Both the position numbers and the translations under genes were made by a program. A stretch of DNA of 47,654 nt, taken from the NCBI RefSeq assembly GCF_001194135.2, contig NC_068991.1:80143486-80191139 (forward strand), written 5' to 3'. The notes under the pieces are model-generated. The model had not been told where the DNA came from, ran no database searches, and saw nothing but the letters and a program-made list of their open reading frames with translations. Source of the DNA: Octopus bimaculoides. Lineage: Eukaryota. This document shows positions 38,005 to 47,654 of this stretch, piece by piece. How positions within the stretch are numbered: the first letter of the stretch is position 1; every line of letters begins with the position of its first letter.

Positions 38005-38269
38005 GGGTGTATGCATGCATAATGTTTTGCTTAGAAGCAATTCACTGTACCGGAATTTTCGACTCGAAATAAAAGAAGACCTACTCCAAATTCTTGTTAG
38101 AATATCCAGGAAAAGGGTTGACTAAAGAAAGTCTTGCATAAAAGTATCTCCGATTATATTACTCACTTCTTAAAGGCTTTCAAATACATGATTTGATTTG
38201 ACTTCAATATTACAAATTACATATGTGTGTGTAGACATACATACATACATACATACATGCATACATACA

Positions 38270-38328
<59 letters not shown>

Positions 38329-41142
38329 CCATCAATTTGTGGCAGGTGGCTGATTCAACAAATATACCACAGATGTAACAAACATTGCTAAATAAGCATT
38401 TGGATATCAGAGTAAAAGAAAATAGTAAATTCTGTGATAAATAATGAGAAACGTTTTGAACTGATATAACACAAAGCAGTATGCATTCTTAAAGATATTG
38501 CTTAGGCTGATAACATTATATTAATAATGGTGAAGCTTTGTAAGTGGTACAGTAATCTTGATTAATTTGTTCGCTGACTGCAAATTGTCTTTAAGTTGAA
38601 CTTTCAACGCAAACATCTTTGACAAGTTTATTTCCCGTATCATTGTTATGTGTTCATCTTGTAAGTGAAATTTGAAGTTTAGTAAACTGTAATTGGGAGA
38701 AATCAAAGAGACCGTTCTTGTCATTGGGTTGTAGATGTAATCCGTTCTCCGGTTGACCGCCACCATTTGATTCCGCCCTTCCTTTGACGGAGGTCCAGAA
38801 TAAAGTCTTTGGCGCCGTTTTGGGTAAAGTTCAATAAAGATAAAGTCTCAAAATAAAAAGTATCATGCATGAAATATATTGAATTTTTTAATTTAAATCC
38901 ACCAAAATTTCTGATTCGGCTTGAAAACAATCACATGAATGTAAAATAAAAGAACTCGAAAGCAATATCGTATTTAATAAAAGGAATGTCTCTAAGTTGA
39001 TGGAGGTAATAAAAGCAAGTTAATATCGGCCAAGTATGTTAGGAAAATCCCATGACACAAATTGTTCTCTATTTGATTTAGTCCTCAAACCTGGCGTTAA
39101 TCAAGATAGAATTCTGTCTCCAACACAATAAATTAAAGAATAGCCAACGTTCTATGGAAGTTTCTTTGTCATTTGCATTTCATAGTTTTCTTGCTTCTAT
39201 TTATTGTGAAACCTAGAAGAGGAAATGTAAAATACATTTATATATTTTTTATGTCTTGTAATCAAACTTATAAATGCATTTATTAGAATTGAGAAAGATG
39301 CTACGCATGCGCATCGATGCAAACATTTACGTACAGCCACAAGCAGAAACAAATACATGGAAACCCACATATTCATGTGCGCGCATACATCTACATGTGC
39401 AAATACATCACAAATAGACACAGATTATTGTGAAAACAATATGCTTCCAGTCTTGTGTTTTGTTTAATTTCATAATGGAAGCTTGCAAATGTCATGCAGG
39501 CGAGAAAATAATTCAATAAGTGTCATTTAGCTGGTCGAATGGGACAATTTACACCTCTCATCTGTAATATTTTCTTTATATTCCAATACAACAGAAAACC
39601 AACATAATGATTTTAACCCTACAATTCCTAAATAGATTTTTGTGTAAAAAAAAGTATAAGGGAAATTAACAGATTTTATTTGAAATATCTGGCATTTATT
39701 GTATTGAGATGGTGTGCTAATTGTGGAAGTAGACTAACTACTAGTATTTCCTTTTTAGTTCATAAATTTTGTTACCTACATTGATCTTCTATATTGCAAC
39801 AATATATGACGCCATCGTTGTTTTGTCCTTTGCTTTTTCTTTTGACCAATGGCGGTTTCTCGGCTTTTTAAAACAGAAACTGTGACATTTGTAATTCCTC
39901 ATTTATTTGCAATGCAATAATACAGCTAATGAAGTTAAATCCAGTATTTTACTGGTAGCTATTTTATTTTGATAACAGAAGATTAAAAGCAAAGATACAG
40001 CTGCCGTAGTATCCGGACTCTGAATGGAAAGAGATAAAACTAAATATTGTTTATTATAAAATCAATCTATCCAATATTATAAAAGGAAGGACACTTTGGA
40101 TAATGTAGTCACATACCTATAGAGTCCTGGACTTTGTATAAGTCTGACTGAAAACTAATTGTTAATGTACGCTAGGATAAGTATTTGTTTGAGGAAAAAA
40201 TAAACGTAATGAAAATTATTTTTTCTCTACGTATTCTTTTCAATAAAAAAAAATGAAATGCCTTTTCGTGTTACGACAGTGTGATAAAATTTTAAATACA
40301 CTAAAATTCGATGGAAGAATTCAGACAGCAAAGAATGAATGAAAAGAATTAGAACACCACTTTAGAAAGTTGTGTAAAAATTAAGACATCTGTTGAATGT
40401 GAAAATTAAATCTGATTAAAATGAATAAAGAAAAGAAAAGCTGGGTATTAGAAGCATCTTAATTTTATTTGTAGGACTCTCATCATGTATTTCAGTCTTA
40501 GAATATTTTATTATAATTTCTTAAAGAAATAATACCACAATATGTAGCAAATACAGTTGTAGAACAAATAAAGTGAGTATGAAAGTGTCTCTGTTGATCA
40601 AAAATAAAAGGTACTCGAAAAGAGTACATTTGTTAAGACGAGCTGAATAACTCATTTCAGCGAATGTTTGGCATTACTGTTTGCCTCGCTGAATACTATG
40701 TGTTTGGATGTACATATAAGATGTTTGTGATGATAATACCTATTAATCCTTTGTTTGCAGAAGAAGCCTTTCAATGTTATTACAATGAAAATGATGAAGC
40801 CATATTTTACGAGATTAAAACAAAACAATAAGCAAATTTCTAAGAACTTCTATAGAGAAACAACTGCAGTTCATTTGATTTCAAAAAGACTGAAGACATA
40901 ATTAAAAAGAAAAAGAACTGAAGAAAACATTGAGGTTAATTACTCAGAGACGTTATCCACGTGGAACGAAGATGTTACCATATTTCATATTAAACGTAAA
41001 AGCTTTGCATACAGGGGAAGAACGCCGTGCAACCAATTACAACTAATGCAATATCATGTTTCCCTTCTGGCAGATTAAACGACGTTATTTTGCTAACGAG
41101 AAAGTTTGTTTACTATTAGAACGCAACAGCATGTTCCAAGGG

Positions 41143-41193
<51 letters not shown>

Positions 41194-42176
41194 AAGCTAT
41201 TATTTGTAGCTGAATTCGCTTCCAGACACATGGTTAATGAAAATAATTCTTTACATATATCTCGATGCTTCCGCATATGTGCTCTAAATGTAAACAGCTT
41301 TTCTCGTTGGTCAGATTAAAGTGTTTAATTATAAAAAGCGAACGGGAACGCTGTTTTCATGTGATTACAGGTATATCTCTGTCTGGATTGTAGAACACAC
41401 ATAGTTCGAGTTTCACAACCATCTTCCTGCTTTTTGTTTCTTCCAGGGGTTTTACTTTTTTTCTAATATATTCTAAGGAGGATTTGTTGAATTCTGTACA
41501 CTTTGTTTTATTTGTAGCATCATAATATCTTAAACTTTTAATGGTTCATAGAAATTTTACAAATGGTTTTGTCATATGCCGAATATAGATTTAAAGTCAG
41601 TCTGGCTGGCTCCATTCTTATCCCAGTTGGAAATTAAGGTTGGAGATATCAAATGGGTGGAGAAGCGAAGAGAAATTAGTTGACAAGCGATAAAATGTGT
41701 GACAGACATAATATTTCAGGTACATGTCACTGAAATTTGGTGATTTACCGGTCTCCGTATTCATTATAATAATTTGAAATATGCGTGTGCGAGTGCGTGT
41801 GCGAGTGTGTGTGTGCGTGTGTATGAAGATAAGATCCAAGGATCAAGGTGTAGGAAATTAGTCAGCTTCAAGCAGTCCGGAGAAGGTATAAGAAACAACT
41901 TTCAGGAACAATAGTGGTTTATTGACATAGAAAGTCCGATTAGCTGAAAACATTGCTTTATAGTTCACGGTTAACAGCTGGGGTTGGTGTGTATGCAAAT
42001 AAAAAATCCATTCTTTCGATCGAATATCCTGCAAATCAACATGGGATCCCTTGACGACAATATAAGCTTCAGTTGAGTAAGGTATCTTTGGCCCGACGAG
42101 TAGCTAGCGGATTACCCCACGTTTGGGCAATTACTATCTCCACGGCTCTACTAGATATGAAACATGTATTTTGGAT

Positions 42177-42208
<32 letters not shown>

Positions 42209-42725
42209 CTGGGAGTTTAAAACTATATCTTACAGATTCAATGTGTTAGCATTGATCAGCGATAATATGTCACAAGAGATCTTAATGACAATGTTAACCG
42301 AGTGATGGACAATCTGCCCAGAAGTTAATGCTGCGTAACTTTTCTTTTGTCCCGAATACCGTTTGTGGTCAAGACACTTCAATCCTGAAGGCCAGACATA
42401 TTTTTCTGTATATGTTGTGTCGACACCCCCAGGCAAAGACGTAGGATCTCCCAAGACATATAAATAGAGGTAGTCTGGCCGTGGTAGGAGTGTTGAGTAG
42501 CAGTCGAGTAGCAGTTGTGTAGCGGTTGAGTAGAGATCATCCGAAGGTGCTAGATAGCAGTAGCTTGAGACATAACAGTATATAGGCGCACGAATAAGAT
42601 AATATAGATTACTATTATAAACAATATTGCGTAATTGAGAACCTGTTTGTTCAATATTTTGGAGTTGAATTAAAATTAGCCAAAAGAAAATTCAACCCAA
42701 AATAGATTAGTGTTCTACCCAGTGG

Positions 42726-42941
<216 letters not shown>

Positions 42942-43397
42942 CGTCACTAAGACTAAACTAGACTAGTTACTTTTAATTTGAAAACGAAATATATTACAGT
43001 TATTGCTTAAGGTACAAATTGTATATCAAATTTATAAACGAGTCAAAATTAGGCAACTGGAAAATAAACTAGACTGTCATTTAGTGAATTATTCTTATAA
43101 CCATCTGTACGAAAGAACAGTCCTGTTGTTAATTCACGCGTGAAATATGATTTGTAATGATTACCATCAACTGTTATATCAGGTAGTTTGAAAGAACTAT
43201 TTCTGAATTCTCTTAAAGAAAAATTTTAATATTTCCTCAATAGTGACTGATTTTAAGAGACAATTGTGTCGGTTATTAATATATGTACTTCCAGAAATAT
43301 TTATTCAAAAGGGTTTAGTTTTCTGATTGAAAAACGTTGCTTGCTAAAATAAGCTAAAATCTCAAAGATCTTAAATACTCTATATGGAAATTTAACT

Positions 43398-43466
43398 AAA
43401 AGATGCCACCAACAATATGATATTATATCAAATCACTAGAAGTAGACAGTACACACACACACACAC

Positions 43467-43538
<72 letters not shown>

Positions 43539-43568
43539 CCATCTACAGACATGTATGTGAATATTATA
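43398..43568 (+). repeat. Copy 2 of the local direct duplication
   Basis: As above, with small indels and shorter microsatellites. Confidence 0.9.
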
Positions 43569-44049
43569 CATATATATATATATATACATACATACATACA
43601 TACATAAATACATACATACATACATACATACATACATACGTCACATATACATGCGTGTGTATGCGCGTGCGCGTGTCCCTGTGTTCTTGTTCTTTCGAAA
43701 TGTAATCTCGGCGGTGTTTCAGAAGGATACTAATAAAACTGAAACATTTAATGCTTCCTTGATCTCACTTTGATTGAAAAATACCAACAGTAAAGAAATA
43801 AAGCTTTGTTTATAAAATATCATGCTTCGTCCGATATTCATTGCTGCAGCTGGTTGCGAGGCGATACATTGCCGCTGATACAATATCAATAGCCTTAGCA
43901 TATATGGTGTTTATAATCAAAATACTGACATCGGAAACGGTTGGTCGTAATTATCAGGTTTTCACTGGTGAGAATATTGTTACTGCAACAGGATTTATAT
44001 TTGTTCCGAGATTTCTCGGTAATTATCAGTGGATTAAAAGACTTGGTAG

Positions 44050-44225
44050 AGCAACAGAGAAAATGCTTTGCAGCACTTGTTTCGACTCTTTACGTTCTGT
44101 GTTCAAATCATGTCGCGGCAGCGTTGCCTCTCTTCATTGCTAGGGCCCATAAAATAAAAAAGCCCCTTAAATTACTGGGTTTATGTTATGGATTTATCCC
44201 CCTTCCCTAAATCTGTGGTCTTATG
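44050..44225 (+). mobile_element. SINE family A copy (old)
   Basis: AAAATGCTTTGCAGCACTT..TTTACGTTCTGTGTTCAAATC..CATAAAATAAAAAGCCCC. Confidence 0.7.
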
Positions 44226-44551
44226 CTAATGTTAGAAACTATTGTTAGAAGGGCAATGGGTGGCTAAACTGTAAGAGTGTGCGAGGAAATGTTTTACGGT
44301 TATTTATTTCAAATCTTTATGTTCTTAGTGGTGTGAACTTGTTTGTCTTATGAAGTTTCCCTGTAATGTCCTTAAAAGCACGAAACAGGGAGTAATAAAC
44401 AGTCCGACAACTGATGAGGAGTTATCTTCCTTTGGTATTTTATCCTCTACCTATCTCTTGTGTGTTTACGTATTTTTCACTCGTTGGTGATGTCCTGCAC
44501 ACAATGTGTATCTCTTTATACACACACACAATACACACACACACACACACA

Positions 44552-44604
<53 letters not shown>

Positions 44605-46289
44605 ATATTTGTGCGTGTGTGTCTGTTTACATATACATATATAAACATAAAAGCAAACTGAACTCACATTATTTTCTGTAACTCGTCTTTCTGAGATCAG
44701 TTATGTCTTAGAACAGTCTATCACTTTTCTCTTTTTCTTAAAATCTAGGTTTCTTCATCTTAACAAATATCACAGAATCCATTTAAACATACAAATGTAT
44801 TTCTATGACTGTATCAATAACATCTCTGAGACTTACTATCACATATTCTTGTCTTTGTCTCCCGACATCTTGAGATTCATGTTTTGAATATTTCCATATC
44901 GGATACATGTAATTCTGGATTTGTTAACATTAGTTCGCCAACCATTGATCTATTAACAATGTTATATAAATATTGTACTCTGTCGTCTATTCAACATGTG
45001 CAGTCATAGTATTGCCATGGGCTATAAAGGAGAACTCCACTGGCTGTCTATTGATCAAAGAAAACATTCAAATTCATATTAATGGTATATCGATGTTTTC
45101 ATGCAACCGATCACATTGCTATTCTATTTCTAACCTTCTTTATTGAAAAGATTGATCAAGTCTTTCACTTCACATAACATAACATAATTTTTTGAAACTG
45201 CAAATATAATGACATGACATGACATTTTCCTATTCTGCCCCGTGATATTTAAATGTCTTTCCTGTTGATCTATGTTTGTTTAGTTTATTTGATCTCTTCT
45301 TATGTTGCACCAGGCACTTGTGATTTTATGATTTCCATTCCTTCACTATAAAGAATAGATTGCATCAATCACTGTGCTTTGATACATATTGAACTGTCAT
45401 TTGTTGTTTTTATTCTGTTTGTAGTATTATATACTTTCTGTTTTATTCTCCTGCCACCCCTCTGCGGTCCAGTCCAAGTCTGTTGAACAATAAAATCAGT
45501 AGAGCTTCAAGTGGCCGTGGTATTTTGTTAAGTCTCTTTAAATTTTTGCGTTCGAATTTAACTCGGGTTCATTTTGATAATCATCGACCATTGGAGCAAA
45601 ATTATTCGATTATATTTTGTCCTGGAAATTCGCAGCCTTGTGTCTATGTAATAGAACTATATTTGAAGGCGGAAATCTAACAGATATTTGTAGAGTATAC
45701 ACATTTACATATTTACATACACACCCACACACACACGCACACAGAAATAAGGATATAAACGCATGTGCACATATGTAAACATATCTTAGAAGAACAGAAT
45801 GGAGTAAGAGGAGCAAAAACAGACACGAAAATGAAAAGTGTCACTGAAGACGTCACAGATGTGTGACGAAAGATTTCCAGACAATGGACATGAGTTAAAA
45901 TAATAAAATAAGAACAGTAATAAATGAGTGAAGAAAAATATAAATAGTGCGTGTGTTTATTTGACAAAAAAAAAGAAGAATGACCATCCAGAAATACAAC
46001 AATATCGGTTTCAACACACAATTTCAAATCAGGAATCTTGCAGCACAAATTGATAATAATAATAATAATAACATATATATATATATATATAATAGAAATA
46101 TGTCACAAAAACAAAATAGAAACTACGCGTGGAAATGTAAAGGAAAAGTAAAAAGAAAAATAAGCGAAAGTGCACATTGGAAATCAAAACAACTAAAGCC
46201 TTTTTATGAAAAGTATCGATAGATATATACAATTAGATGAACTGAGGTAGGAATAAAAGTAATAAAAGTCATTATTGGGAATTGTTAAA

Positions 46290-47060
46290 GAGATTCAAAA
46301 GCATACCAGTTTCGTAAAATTACTAATCATTGCTTTGAAAGCACACCGATTACTGAACGGCGTCAGGTCTACTAGTCCCCGAGTAAAAGGGAGGTAAGTA
46401 GTTCTGGATTTAGTGCAATTAGGGTAGATATAAATCTGTAATGTGAATGGCGTATGGGATGTATGGGGGTTAGTGGTATAAATTGAAAGGTTAGTATTGT
46501 TCTGTATTATGTTATATGTTCATATTTAGTTTCGGAAGATATTTATTGATGAAAGTTGCCTCTTTATTCATTCTTTGTTGTACTGAGGTATTCTGCGAAC
46601 ATTGATAGAAGGGGAAAATTAGGAAATTAAGATTAAGATTCCTAGCACACCTTTCTATGCGCCCACTGAACTGTATCTGTCTGTATTGTGGGTGGCGGAT
46701 TTGTTTTTGTGAAGAGTGGTTCTTCGACGGAGTGAAATTTCTGTTTGGCCAATATAATTATTACCACACCCTAAGCATTTAATGGCATAGATTGGATTTT
46801 CCGAGGCACAGGTGAAATTTGATTTAATCTTAAATATTTCACCTTGTTTAAAGTTGAACTCTGAACCCCATAAAAAGTTGGGGGCATGTACCACAGTTAG
46901 GTCGACCACATTTTTTCACTGCATATAAGGTAGCTCGCTAAGTCTAAAATATTTAATATATAGTAATTTTTTAGGCTGATATATGATTTGGGAAAGATTT
47001 GAGAGCGATTAGTTCGCTAATTTTTTAATTTTGTTCTTTCGAGAGACCGTGTAGAGGTAA
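46290..47060 (-). mobile_element. Penelope-like element 3' remnant (Cys-rich linker, GIY-YIG endonuclease, 3' UTR)
   Basis: VKKCGRPNCGTC (frameshift) FKIKSNFTCASENPIYAIKCLGCGNNYIGQTEISLRRRTTLH ... FLIFPFYQCSQ..QRMNKEATFINKYLPKLN. Confidence 0.88.
46298..46336 (-). ncRNA. Minimal type I hammerhead ribozyme-like motif with A3-U8 core at the Penelope 3' end
   Basis: Minus strand AAAGCA-AUGAUUA-GUA(AUUU)UAC-GAAAC-UG-GUA-UGCUUU. 6-bp helix I, extendable to 9 bp with one bulge; near-palindromic ACUGGU; GUA cleavage triplet. Confidence 0.7.
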
Positions 47061-47239
47061 CATCGTGTAATTGATACCCCACTCCTAATTAGCAGTGTAT
47101 ACTGAGAGGAAATTGGAAAGTATAAATAAAAAAAAATTAATTAAACTTTAATATTCACAGCTGAACACCTCCAGCTTTGAAGTTTATATGAAACATTGTT
47201 TCAGCGTTTGCAATATCTCAAGATATGTTAATAGTAGTG

Positions 47240-47453
47240 ACGATGATGATGGTGACAGTGATGATGTCCGCGACTACAATGAGGGTAGCGGTAAGGGAGA
47301 GGATGATGAAACGAGGATGATTACAGTGGTAATGAGGAAAAGCAATGAAAGTGATGATGCTGGTATCGATAATGATAATTATGATTACCAAGATGACCAT
47401 TACCACCATGATTATCAGCATCATCACCAGCAGCATTATTATCATCACAAAAG

Positions 47454-47502
<49 letters not shown>

Positions 47503-47587
47503 TATCATCCTCAATGACATTATTATAATCGTCTTTTAGCTATGAGCGACACTGAAGTATTGTCACCTAATATTTCTTCTTCTTCTT

Positions 47588-47654
<67 letters not shown>
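47240..47654. repeat. (GAT)/(CAT)n, (TTC)n and (TTA)n trinucleotide block
   Basis: Direct inspection; source of the poly-His/Met ORFs. Confidence 0.95.

Noticed and set aside
40573-40830. + strand GTGAGT donor and tttgtttgcAG acceptor pair
   Set aside because: Flanking exons would be very AT-rich with early stops; no coding signal.
42413-42699. Solo-LTR-like segment (TG start, TATAAATA, possible CA end)
   Set aside because: No matching target-site duplication, no second LTR or PBS; cannot be supported without a database search.
44411-44435. CTGATGA followed by a hairpin
   Set aside because: The hairpin is followed by TTTG, not GAAA, and no helix I/III can be built.

Overview
Eukaryotic, AT-rich, repeat-saturated DNA with five N gaps. 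The SINE families, microsatellite load and transposon mix resemble an octopod cephalopod (Octopus) scaffold; this is inferred from recognition, not from a database search. No complete protein-coding gene is present, and almost every ORF in the track is a microsatellite or minisatellite artefact or a decayed transposon fragment. Supportable content: one candidate 80-nt minus-strand exon with a CAG repeat (12274-12353); more than 15 tRNA-derived SINE copies in three families, strongly biased to the + strand; Tc1, mariner (x2) and maT/DD37D transposase remnants; a hAT-type MITE with TIRs and an 8-bp TSD; R4/Dong-clade and CR1/L2-like LINE remnants; and a Penelope-like GIY-YIG remnant. The most notable signals lie outside the ORF track. 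(1) Four minimal type I hammerhead-ribozyme-like motifs: one at the Penelope 3' end with an A3-U8 covariant core, and a co-oriented pair whose predicted cleavage sites are 281 nt apart. (2) An ~800-bp minisatellite built from overlapping Rel/NF-kB-, STAT- and ETS-like motifs. None of these has been tested for activity.
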